Assembly: GCA_048937405.1 (NCBI GenBank)
Contig: JBHLNF010000012.1
Location: forward strand, 1-64,000
Length of the DNA stretch: 64,000 nucleotides
Source of the DNA: Promethearchaeota archaeon
GTDB lineage: Archaea > Asgardarchaeota > Lokiarchaeia > Sigyniarchaeales > SOKP01
Direction: 5' to 3'
Within the stretch, counting starts at the first letter, position 1; each line of letters starts with the position of its first letter. The position numbers and the translations under genes were made by a program. The notes under the pieces were generated by a model. That model saw only the letters and a program-made list of their open reading frames with translations, was not told where the DNA came from and did no database searches. Below are positions 1 through 9,251 of the stretch, piece after piece.

Positions 1-141
1 GAAGGAGCAATAATTCTGCATATCAACCCAGAAGGTAAGGTAATAGATCAGTGGGGTGCTTTTTGTTTTTATGATATCTTTTATGAGCTTGGAGTATTTC
101 CTCCTTTTTGGGAATTGCATAAATTTTTAAAAGAAACATGA
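1..141 (+). CDS. Partial CDS (3' end only), possibly an SnoaL/ester-cyclase-like C-terminus
   Basis: Frame 1 is open from the window edge: EGAIILHINPEGKVIDQWGAFCFYDIFYELG...KET*. The GKVIDQW segment resembles the last strands of SnoaL-like folds. Confidence 0.4.
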   Translation, partial: EGAIILHINPEGKVIDQWGAFCFYDIFYELGVFPPFWELHKFLKET

Positions 142-293
142 AATCAGTGAGTTATTAATTATCTTATATTAATATTTTTTTGTCCTTTTTCATATTTTAG
201 TTTTGAAATTATTAAGAATTATTAAATCATTAATCTTTGAAATCTTAAATAATAAAAAATAGTGTTAATATAACAAAAATCTTGGTGAAAAAT

Positions 294-443
294 ATGGATT
301 ATATTCAAAATTTTATTCAAAAATATCGAAATACTATACCTAGTACAAGAGAAGAAGAATTTCAAATGGCAACTATCCAAGCTTTTGAACAGATTTGGGC
401 TAAATTAAAGGAAATAGAAAAGAAGGTAAACTATTTGGGTTAG
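294..443 (+). CDS. Small hypothetical protein (49 aa)
   Basis: MDYIQNFIQKYRNTIPSTREEEFQMATIQAFEQIWAKLKEIEKKVNYLG*, with a GGTGA Shine-Dalgarno at 284-288. Below the ORF-track cutoff. Confidence 0.5.
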   Translation: MDYIQNFIQKYRNTIPSTREEEFQMATIQAFEQIWAKLKEIEKKVNYLG

Positions 444-545
444 ATTAAAAGCTAAATTCTTTTTTTTTATATTAAAATCAAACAAGGAAATGTTATTCCC
501 TCCTTAAATTGGCTTCTAAATTATAAAATAAAAAGCAAACCATTT

Positions 546-1586
546 CTATTCTTCGGATTCTTCTTCCGTTAACGAAAGAATATCACCTACTATTAAATAT
601 GTATAAATAACATATCTATCGGCTTCTTCCTTGGAAAAAATAGTATCATGTGTTCCTTTATGAGATGCTTTTAAAACACTCTCTAATCTATCTGCAATAA
701 AGTATAGATTTGAACCAATTAGGTTATTAAAACTCTTAGATTCGCTATGATCAGAAATAAATGTAATAATCCTATTAATATAATGATCTTTATCCAATTT
801 TATTTGTTTTTCTTCACCATTAACTTCAAGTATTCTATCTTCATCTGGTGAAAAAATAGCATCTGCAAGATCTTCTAATATTCTACGACAACTATGAACT
901 GCATTTGACCAATCTTCTGGATTTTCTGTCTTTAAATTTTCATAAATAGCTAAGAATCTTTTTACCGAATCAGGTAAAAGCTCACCAATCCTTCTATCAA
1001 CTTTAATGCGTACTCTAGAAAATATATCTTCAGAGATTTTTGAATATTTTAATTCAGTATAATTATCAAGAGTATAATTATAAACGAAAGCTCGTCTTTC
1101 TGCTAATCTTCCTTTAGCTCTTAATGTAGAATTTCTAATGGAGATTCTCTCCGATTTATTTCCCAAGGGACTCCAAACCATTTGACGCGGATTTGCTGAG
1201 CTCACTGAAACATCAGGATCTCTTGCAGAGTTCATAGCTATTTGGAAGGATTTCACTTGAAATTCTAAATTTTCAATAGACTCTAAGTACATATACTCCT
1301 TTAATTCTTCAGAATTCTCATCTTTCGTTTTATATCTTCTTTTTGCAATCAAACCTAATTTCCAAATATCATCTGGTACTCCCTCTGGATTCGTCGGATA
1401 TCCTGAGGCTTCATAACCAAATATTTCAACCATTTGGAAATCATTTAAAAGTCTTGAAAGTCTTTGAACTTTTAAAATTATAACAGAAAGCTCTAATTCT
1501 GAAAGTTCAATATTTTTAATTATTGTTTCTGCTAATTGGAGAGCTTCTTCCAAATTTTCTTTGCTAGGTGGTATATATTCACTCAA
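546..1586 (-). CDS. AbiTii-like N-terminal domain protein with HEPN-like C-terminus (putative defence effector)
   Basis: N-terminal 'ILKVQRLSRLLND...GYEASGY' pattern, 'AVHSCRRILEDLAD' helix and late 'HKGTH' motif. Confidence 0.5.
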   Translation of the reverse strand: MSEYIPPSKENLEEALQLAETIIKNIELSELELSVIILKVQRLSRLLNDFQMVEIFGYEASGYPTNPEGVPDDIWKLGLIAKRRYKTKDENSEELKEYMYLESIENLEFQVKSFQIAMNSARDPDVSVSSANPRQMVWSPLGNKSERISIRNSTLRAKGRLAERRAFVYNYTLDNYTELKYSKISEDIFSRVRIKVDRRIGELLPDSVKRFLAIYENLKTENPEDWSNAVHSCRRILEDLADAIFSPDEDRILEVNGEEKQIKLDKDHYINRIITFISDHSESKSFNNLIGSNLYFIADRLESVLKASHKGTHDTIFSKEEADRYVIYTYLIVGDILSLTEEESEE

Positions 1587-1785
1587 TTTAAATAGCCTTG
1601 AATTATTAACTATTAATTATTTTTGTCGTAACTTACACTATGCATTAAAGCAATATATTATTTTCCCCCTTTTCTTAATAATTATTATCATTTAAAATGA
1701 AATAGGGAAATGTGATAAGTCACCACTTACCTCCGCACAGGATGAATAGGAAACTGTCATAATGTCCTTTCTCTTGTCTTCTTAA

Positions 1786-2676
1786 TTAAATTTTATAAAT
1801 TTTATTTTCATAAGCCTTATGGTTCGGATTAGCATAACAATAAAGGCACCCATGATGGCATTCCCATTCTTTATTATAACCACCAATATCCCGGCTTTTA
1901 GTACACCCACAAGCTTCTCGTTGTCCTGTATCTTTAGCAAGAGAAAGCTTAGTATTCCATAGCTTACTAAGATAATTGCCGTCGATACAATGAGCTTGGG
2001 ATATACTGGGGATTTTTAACAAATCGGGATTACAGCATACAAAAATCTTGATATTATGTTTTCTTGCTTTAATTGCAAGTTCCTGAGTGGTTTTAATCAT
2101 TTCTTTAACAGTCGGTTTATGATAGTGGAACGAATATTTCTGCATACGGTGTTCGACTTTCCTATAGTAAGTAGCAAAAGAAATAGTACATTTTCGAATC
2201 CCAGCATTAGCAAAGTAGAGAGCAATTTCATTAAAATCATTAAGGTTATTAAATAAAGTATCATCTTCTTTCCAAAAGACTATAGGATCAAATCGCCACA
2301 TAATATGATCTGAAGAAGTAATTTGAATTAGTTCATTTAGTTGAGAAAAACTTTTTTCAAGAGAAGGTGATAAAGGTTCAAGAACTTTGACAATGGAATT
2401 ACGAGTAAAATGAAAATAGACTGGTATTGATTTATTTTTAAAATGAGTAGAAGGGATATATTTCAAAAAAATTTCCCATTTATCTATAAAATTTTGAAAA
2501 TCTTTAGACCATAATACAAATCCAGCTACATCACGCGGTTTAAGGGAGACTTGACTGACTTTTTTATTAATTGGATTCCTAACATCAATTAATTCTTCTT
2601 CAATAGCTTTTTCAAGACGGTCAAAATAAAAAGCAATACCATCCGTTCTACGACTAAAACTAATTATTTGTTTCAT
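1786..2676 (-). CDS. DUF1848 family protein (radical-SAM/SPL-like, C-terminal Cys cluster)
   Basis: IISFSRRTD, LWSKD, WRFDPI, and GQREACGCTKSRDIG...CHHGCLYCYAN. Confidence 0.85.
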   Translation of the reverse strand: MKQIISFSRRTDGIAFYFDRLEKAIEEELIDVRNPINKKVSQVSLKPRDVAGFVLWSKDFQNFIDKWEIFLKYIPSTHFKNKSIPVYFHFTRNSIVKVLEPLSPSLEKSFSQLNELIQITSSDHIMWRFDPIVFWKEDDTLFNNLNDFNEIALYFANAGIRKCTISFATYYRKVEHRMQKYSFHYHKPTVKEMIKTTQELAIKARKHNIKIFVCCNPDLLKIPSISQAHCIDGNYLSKLWNTKLSLAKDTGQREACGCTKSRDIGGYNKEWECHHGCLYCYANPNHKAYENKIYKI

Positions 2677-2775
2677 TTCCTAGTTCTATAATATCTGGTT
2701 AAATAAATATTATATTTTCAATTATTTTAATTTCTTATATATATAAATCAAACAAAAGAAATCAATATTCGGAAC

Positions 2776-3984
2776 TTATATATTTGGATATTTTCCTATT
2801 TTATCAAAATATGTCATCCAATATTTTAATTTATACTCAGAAACATCTCTACGTATAGGGATCTCAAGATTATATACATTTTTAACAAATCGTTTAATAA
2901 CATTAGGAGAAAGCCCCAAAAGGTCTGCTATTCTATATGTTGGTAAGATTTTTAGAATCTTTTCAATTTTTTCTTTAGGTAAAACTTTTAATAACCAATT
3001 TCTTTGTGATGTAATATAAACAGAGTTTACTAAAGCTCGTTTACGTTTCATAGAATTGTTCATTCCTGACATCATTTTATGGAATAATTGAGGTCCTAAA
3101 GTAAGTCCATACAATTTTAATAATTTTATTTTACCTGTTTCATAATCGAACTTTTCTTTTTGAGTGAGAAAAACGTTATTCTTAATTTGATAATAAATTC
3201 TTATTTTTTCAAGAAATTCACCATTTATTGAGCATATATGAGGACTTACTTTAATTTTACCTTGAGGGGAGGTATACTGACGCAATGATCCATCTCCATC
3301 ATAAAATCCTAAAAGAAAAGCTAGCATTAGTTTTTCATTTTTTAAAGTGGGAAAAATGAGTATTTTAATTCGTTTTCCATTCTCTCCAATATCGTAATCC
3401 ATACCCCAGTTTATTAACTGATTAGCTATACTATTTTCCCACTCTACATTTCCTGATAAAAAGCGAATTTCTGAATAATGATAAACCTTTCCCTCATCAT
3501 TGTAGATATTATAATCTTTAATCATGCTTTTGTTAAGTCCTAGTGCCTTACAAAATGCAACCACCCTTTCTTTATCTTCTGATTTTTGACCAAATCCGAT
3601 GCGAAAATATTTTCCAGATTGTTTTATATCAATAGCAATCCATCCATCAGCGAATAAAAATCCTAGCCAATATGCTTTCTCAATTGTATTTATGTCTGCA
3701 AAATAATTAAAATCTAGATTTGGATGATAGTCTTTTATTTGTGAATGTGGTGTCAGCTTAGGATTAAATATTACTCTATAAAGATTAATAAATTTAATGA
3801 TTTCATTTTCAACATTATTTAACTCTTTAATAATATCTAAATGCTGTTCTTTCAGAATGGAAAATCTATTCTTCACAGAATTCTTCATTACATTTAATTT
3901 TTCTACAGCAATTGCTTTTTTAGCATATTCTTTTATCCTTTGAGTCGGAATGTATTGGGATGGAAAACCGAAAAATCTACTCAT
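2776..3984 (-). CDS. Free-standing double-motif LAGLIDADG homing-endonuclease-family protein with C-terminal HTH-like segment
   Basis: Motifs KAYWLGFLFADG and LAFLLGFYDGDGS; C-terminal 'TYRIADLLGLSPNVIKRF'. The frame stays open upstream to 4179. Confidence 0.8.
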   Translation of the reverse strand: MSRFFGFPSQYIPTQRIKEYAKKAIAVEKLNVMKNSVKNRFSILKEQHLDIIKELNNVENEIIKFINLYRVIFNPKLTPHSQIKDYHPNLDFNYFADINTIEKAYWLGFLFADGWIAIDIKQSGKYFRIGFGQKSEDKERVVAFCKALGLNKSMIKDYNIYNDEGKVYHYSEIRFLSGNVEWENSIANQLINWGMDYDIGENGKRIKILIFPTLKNEKLMLAFLLGFYDGDGSLRQYTSPQGKIKVSPHICSINGEFLEKIRIYYQIKNNVFLTQKEKFDYETGKIKLLKLYGLTLGPQLFHKMMSGMNNSMKRKRALVNSVYITSQRNWLLKVLPKEKIEKILKILPTYRIADLLGLSPNVIKRFVKNVYNLEIPIRRDVSEYKLKYWMTYFDKIGKYPNI

Positions 3985-4217
3985 TCTGCGAAATGAAGTA
4001 AAATATGGTTTAAAAAGGAGTTTTAAATTATTATTGGATTGATTCTTCAGAATCTTACGAAGTTGATTTGTGAACCAAATGTTCCAATGTTCTATATCCT
4101 TGACATCCTCAAACGTTTTGATATTTTTAATTTGAAATCCTTTCCTGTTTTGATTAAGATAAGTAATATTTTTTTTGTTTTAAAATGTAACACTCACAAG
4201 ATTTATAATTATCTTAT

Positions 4218-4424
4218 ATTACTCCACTATACAATACATTTTACATCACTTGGTTTTAATGAAATTCGATTTACCTGTTTACGATTAAAAGGATTAACTA
4301 CATCTACATAACCTTCTTTTATTCTACGAACCACCCATTCCATTAGAAAAGCGGGTATATCGGTTCTCCGTGAACATGATATTATTGGCGATTTCATTAT
4401 CCCTTTTTTTTCAATTTTTTCCAT
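4218..4424 (-). pseudogene. Truncated DUF1848 paralogue (N-terminal ~65 aa only)
   Basis: IISCSRRTDIPAF...VVNPFN...ISLKPSDVKCIV-TAG-WS: a stop lies just before the family WSK motif and homology then ends. Confidence 0.75.
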
Positions 4425-4621
4425 TATTATTTTGAAATAAAATTACATTTTCATATTTAAATTCATTATCCAAAACAATTTTCTCTTTTTTCCAAATAAG
4501 AGCAAATTAGCACGATTTTCGACTATTATTTTAGTAAATCTCCAATCAAAATTAACAAGTAAAATAATATAATAATCATTTTCAAATTTAGTTTTTAAAG
4601 ATTAAATGATTCTAAGTACTT

Positions 4622-5641
4622 ATGATTCCTTCAATAGAATGGATTAATAATAAAGTAAAGATGATTGATCAGACAGTATTACCCCATAAACTTGAATTCC
4701 TCGAGTTTGACAATTATCAAGAAGTAGCAACATCAATAAAAGAAATGAATATTCGCGGTGCTCCTGCTATAGGCGTTGCAGCAGCAATGGGGATGGCATT
4801 AGCCACAATTGAATATAAAGATCTTCCAAAAGAGTCATTTATTAAAGAAATGGAAAAGGCAGCAGATACTATTAGGAATACTCGACCTACAGCATCAAAT
4901 TTATTTTGGGCAATAGATAGGATCTGGAATATTATTAGTACTTATCCAGATAATCCCTCAAATTTATCTGAATTAGTTATCGAAGAAGCTAAATTAATGG
5001 CTCAGGAAGATATTAATGTTAACAAAAGTATAGGCAAAAATGGAGCAACGTTATTAGATGATGGAGATATAATTTTAACACATTGCAATGCAGGATCACT
5101 AGCAACAGTCCAATATGGAACCGCTTTAGCGCCTGTCAGAGCTGCTATAGAACAAAAAAAAAATATACGTGTAATTGCCGACGAAACTAGACCTAGATTA
5201 CAGGGAGCTAGATTAACTGCTTTTGAATTACAGTATGATAAAATCCCTGTAAATGTAATATCAGATACTTCATCAGGGTTATTGATGAGACTAGGAAAAA
5301 TAAACAAAGTTATTGTTGGTACTGATCGAGTTACTTCGGATGCAGTATTTAATAAAATTGGCACTTATTTGGTTGCACTAGCGGCAAAAGATAATAATAT
5401 CCCCTTTTATGTTGCAGCTCCAACATCAACATTATCTCTTCATGAAACTATTAAAGATGTAACTATTGAACAAAGAAATAGCAACGAAGTTAGCAATGTA
5501 TTAGGTCAAATTCAAATTGTTCCAGACGGAGTAGAATGTTTAAATTATGCTTTTGATATTACTCCATTTAGGTTAGTCTCAGCCATTATAACTGAGGATG
5601 GAGTGTACAGCCCTAATGAGCTTTTAAAAAAATATAAATAA
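4622..5641 (+). CDS. mtnA: S-methyl-5-thioribose-1-phosphate isomerase (eIF2B-alpha-like)
   Basis: IRGAPAIG, RPTASNL, THCNAGSLAT, ETRPRLQGARLT, NKIGTY motifs. Confidence 0.92.
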   Translation: MIPSIEWINNKVKMIDQTVLPHKLEFLEFDNYQEVATSIKEMNIRGAPAIGVAAAMGMALATIEYKDLPKESFIKEMEKAADTIRNTRPTASNLFWAIDRIWNIISTYPDNPSNLSELVIEEAKLMAQEDINVNKSIGKNGATLLDDGDIILTHCNAGSLATVQYGTALAPVRAAIEQKKNIRVIADETRPRLQGARLTAFELQYDKIPVNVISDTSSGLLMRLGKINKVIVGTDRVTSDAVFNKIGTYLVALAAKDNNIPFYVAAPTSTLSLHETIKDVTIEQRNSNEVSNVLGQIQIVPDGVECLNYAFDITPFRLVSAIITEDGVYSPNELLKKYK

Positions 5642-5669
5642 AAAAATAAGAAGTAAAAATCCTTTTTTC

Positions 5670-6653
5670 CTATTCAATACTCTCTATAATAGTTTTCAAC
5701 TGTAGAATATTTTTTGTTTTGCTTAAATCACGCCTAGCGACTGTAGAATTTCTAATATTTTTTGTTAACCATATCGCATTTCTTTTTAACTCTTTAAACT
5801 TGATTTCTTCATTACTGATTGGAGGTGACATTCCATTAAGAAAATCATCAATTATTTCTTCATAAATCCCAATATATTTCTTATATATAACATAATCCTT
5901 TTTAAAGAGATTTCTTTTTCCATTTATAAAATAATCATGAATTTGGTTAAAAATCTCTGGATTTCCCATAGATTCTCTACCAATCATCAATCCATCAACA
6001 TTTGTATAATCAATAAAAAGTTTAGCAGTAATGGGATTTATGATGTCTCCATTTCCAACTAATGGAATTGTTAATTTCTCTTTTAAACTCTTCACTGTAT
6101 CTAAATCTAAAGCCTCCTCACAAAAGCTACTTTTAACCGTCCGAGCATGAATTATAGCAAAATCAATTCCAGAATTATTAATTATTTGGGCCATATCTTT
6201 TATATTTACGGGATTATCAAATCCTGTTCTAATTTTAAGTGAAACAGGTTTATTAGAATATTTTACTGCGACTTTAATTAATAAATTTAATGTTTTTAAA
6301 TCCTTCATTAAATATCCGCCCTCTTTAGCGTGAATCGCCCTTTTAGAGGGACATCCTGCATTTAAATCTAAAATATTAAACTTATAGCTTTCAAGGCAAT
6401 CTATAGATTTTTTCAATGCTTTAGGATCTGAGCCAATTAATTGTATACCAATAGGAGATTCTTGTTCTATTTTAAATAAGTCTGATTCTATGGATTTTGG
6501 ATTCTTTTCAATTTTTTTAGTGTATAACATAGGAACATAGACTAATCCAATATTAGAAAAATACCTACAAAATCTTCTAAAGGGGCTTGTAGTTACATTT
6601 AGCATTGGGGCTAAAAAATATCGATTCTTCAGATTAAGTGAACCTAATTTCAT
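5670..6653 (-). CDS. tRNA-dihydrouridine synthase (Dus family)
   Basis: LAPM, DLNAGCP (catalytic Cys), SLKIRTG, IHART, GNGDI, GLMIGR. Confidence 0.9.
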   Translation of the reverse strand: MKLGSLNLKNRYFLAPMLNVTTSPFRRFCRYFSNIGLVYVPMLYTKKIEKNPKSIESDLFKIEQESPIGIQLIGSDPKALKKSIDCLESYKFNILDLNAGCPSKRAIHAKEGGYLMKDLKTLNLLIKVAVKYSNKPVSLKIRTGFDNPVNIKDMAQIINNSGIDFAIIHARTVKSSFCEEALDLDTVKSLKEKLTIPLVGNGDIINPITAKLFIDYTNVDGLMIGRESMGNPEIFNQIHDYFINGKRNLFKKDYVIYKKYIGIYEEIIDDFLNGMSPPISNEEIKFKELKRNAIWLTKNIRNSTVARRDLSKTKNILQLKTIIESIE

Positions 6654-6757
6654 ACTAAGTTTATGTCTCTTAAACCATACTTACAAAATAAAATCATGAA
6701 GTTTTTTTAGTAATTGCAATTAACTATAATTAAATAATTCTATGATATATAATAATA

Positions 6758-7267
6758 ATGACTGAACTCCTTAAAGAATTTAAATTTGATAAACCACCTA
6801 ATAAAATTGTTTATTTCGATAAAGAACCATTAAAACTAAGCAATGAGCTCATATTTTTTCATAATAAAAGCAAGTTTAGAAAATACATAACTCAACTACA
6901 ATATCTAATTAAATCTTACACTAATGTACCTTTACATGCTGCTGGTATAAGAGATTCTTATCTAAAGGAAGAAATATCAGAGAAATTTCTAATAATAATA
7001 CTTTCTAATTCAGAAATTATAAAAAAAACTAATGAGATTGTTGAACCCAATTCTGAAAAGGAATTAAAAAATGGTTGTTTCTATATTGAGACAAATACAA
7101 ATTTTATGCTTCTCTTATCAAGAGATATAGAAGGATTAATCTTAGGTATTAAGACTATGGAATCAATATTAAAGCAAGTCATGGATGATTATATGATTCA
7201 GAAAAAGTTCGATGATTATATAAAAGTTCGTACTTTTGAATTAATTGGCTGTAATAAATCCTTATAA
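6758..7267 (+). CDS. Stand-alone GH20-domain-2 (zincin-like fold) protein
   Basis: 'GCFYIETNTNFMLLLSRDIEGLILGIKTMESIL' matches the GH20b pattern (Y-x-L...G.FYG.QTL.QL). No catalytic barrel follows. Confidence 0.5.
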   Translation: MTELLKEFKFDKPPNKIVYFDKEPLKLSNELIFFHNKSKFRKYITQLQYLIKSYTNVPLHAAGIRDSYLKEEISEKFLIIILSNSEIIKKTNEIVEPNSEKELKNGCFYIETNTNFMLLLSRDIEGLILGIKTMESILKQVMDDYMIQKKFDDYIKVRTFELIGCNKSL

Positions 7268-7339
7268 AAGATTAATTATCAAGATTCTAAAAAATAAAAA
7301 ACTCAATTAAAAAAATAAGAAAAATTAAGAATGGAATAA

Positions 7340-9061
7340 TTAAGATCGCAAAAATTTCCATGGTCTTTGTCTTCTTAATAGATAAGCTCTCTCCGCATAT
7401 TCTTCGATCATTCTATGAGTATTAAAATATGCAGATAGCGCAATTGCATTTTTCTGTCGAAAAATCCACTCATCATGATCCATATAAGTTGGGATTATCT
7501 TATTCTCTAAGGTCTCATAAATAACATTGGAATCAATATCCCAACTGTTAGAAACTCCTGGATCTTCAGGATTAGAATCATTAGGGCCAATAGCCCAACC
7601 TGCCATAGAATTCATTCTATAAGCTTCTAACCACCATCCATCTTGAACACTAAAATTCAAAACACCATTTAAAGCTGCTTTCATACCACTTGTACCACTT
7701 GCTTCACGATATCTATTAGGAGTATTAAGCCATATATCTACTCCAGAGACAAGTAAGTGAGAGAGATCCATATTATAATTCTCCATCATTACAACTTTTA
7801 CTCCATAATTATCATATAAATATTCTCCTGATTCTTGAATTTGCTTAATATAGTCTTTTCCCATTTGATCTTTTGGATGAGCTTTTCCAGCAAATATAAA
7901 TTGAATACTGTTTTTACAAATCTTACCCAATCTATCAATATCATGAAATATAAGAATAGCTCTCTTGTATGTTGCAAAACGCCTAGCAAATCCTATAGTG
8001 ATTAATTCTTCGTCGAGTAAATTCCAACTATGACCTTTTTGATAATTGATAAGATTGAATTTATTTTCAATATGAGCATCAAATAACTCAAGATCATCCA
8101 ACTCAATCGCATTCTCTAAAATATTAGGATTTGCTCTCCAATTTGGCCATTTTTTGTTAAATATTTTGCGAAACGGCCTAGAAACCCAAAAAGGTAAATG
8201 GACACCATTAGTAATATAATCAATATCATATTGAGGAAACATTTCTCTTGAGATGTCTCCATGTTTCTTAGCAACGGCATTTCTGTACCTAGAAAGAGCC
8301 ATTCCCAAAAATGTCATATTAAATTCTCCATTATCATCAGCAAGGGGTCTTATCTCCTTTGGTATTCTGTTCTCAAAAACCTTATTTACTAATTCTTGTT
8401 TAAATCGATCATGACCTGCTGGTACAGGTGTATGAGTCGTAAAAACAACTTTTTCCTTCACTTTTTCAATACTACCCAATTCATTGTATAATTCTAAAGT
8501 TGCAAAAGAACCATGTCCTTCATTTAAATGATAGGTCTCAATATTATCATAACCCAATGATTTTAGTAACTTTACACCTCCAATACCTAGAATCATTTCT
8601 TGTACGATTCGATTCCAACGACTAGTACTATCATATAAAGAACCTGTCATTTTTTTCATCCAATCTTCATTACCTTCGACCTCAGTTGTTAAAAGATAAA
8701 TTGGAAGAACATGTCCAGATTGTCCTATTACTCGATAAAGCCATGCGCTTACCAGAACATCTTTATTCTCGATTTTCATGCTGATTGGTTTTTCTACTTT
8801 ATCAAACTCATAGTAAAAATTCCAAGCAATTTCCTTTTCTCTTTGTTCCCCAAATTCATTAAAAAATTGATAAAAATATCCAGAACTATAGCATAAACAA
8901 ATACCTACCATAGGTATTTCCAAATCTGCAGCTGAACGAACAGTGTCTCCTGATAATACTCCTAAGCCTCCACTATATGTAGGAATATTTGAATCCACAG
9001 CTATTTCCATTGAAATATATGCAACATTAGTATTTGACTTTAATTCTTCGTCGATTTCCAT
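7340..9061 (-). CDS. glgP: Alpha-glucan (glycogen/maltodextrin) phosphorylase
   Basis: YSGGLGVLSGD, HLNEGH, FTTHTPVPAGHD, FARRFATYKR, and PLP lysine motif EASGTSGMKA. Confidence 0.95.
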   Translation of the reverse strand: MEIDEELKSNTNVAYISMEIAVDSNIPTYSGGLGVLSGDTVRSAADLEIPMVGICLCYSSGYFYQFFNEFGEQREKEIAWNFYYEFDKVEKPISMKIENKDVLVSAWLYRVIGQSGHVLPIYLLTTEVEGNEDWMKKMTGSLYDSTSRWNRIVQEMILGIGGVKLLKSLGYDNIETYHLNEGHGSFATLELYNELGSIEKVKEKVVFTTHTPVPAGHDRFKQELVNKVFENRIPKEIRPLADDNGEFNMTFLGMALSRYRNAVAKKHGDISREMFPQYDIDYITNGVHLPFWVSRPFRKIFNKKWPNWRANPNILENAIELDDLELFDAHIENKFNLINYQKGHSWNLLDEELITIGFARRFATYKRAILIFHDIDRLGKICKNSIQFIFAGKAHPKDQMGKDYIKQIQESGEYLYDNYGVKVVMMENYNMDLSHLLVSGVDIWLNTPNRYREASGTSGMKAALNGVLNFSVQDGWWLEAYRMNSMAGWAIGPNDSNPEDPGVSNSWDIDSNVIYETLENKIIPTYMDHDEWIFRQKNAIALSAYFNTHRMIEEYAERAYLLRRQRPWKFLRS

Positions 9062-9251
9062 CTTTCCTCACTTTTTGTTCTTTATTTCGCTAATTTTCTT
9101 GATATATATAATTTAATATATTACTTTTAAAATCCATACTTTAAAATCTTATCTTAAAAAACTATAATAAATTTCTTGGTTTTCTATAATAATTCTCTTT
9201 GATTAAAATTAAAAAATGAAATATTTCTCACATTTATAAATCATATGGAAG

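Noticed and set aside
4160-4197. Weak BHB-like fold around the TAA upstream of the LAGLIDADG ORF
   Set aside because: The stems are weak and AU/GU-rich, and the implied 20-nt excision would not restore the frame.
2677-4226. LAGLIDADG-encoding intron (or intein) splitting a single DUF1848 gene
   Set aside because: The downstream DUF1848 has its own complete N-terminus, no second exon is present in 2677-2775, and no intein terminal motifs are visible.
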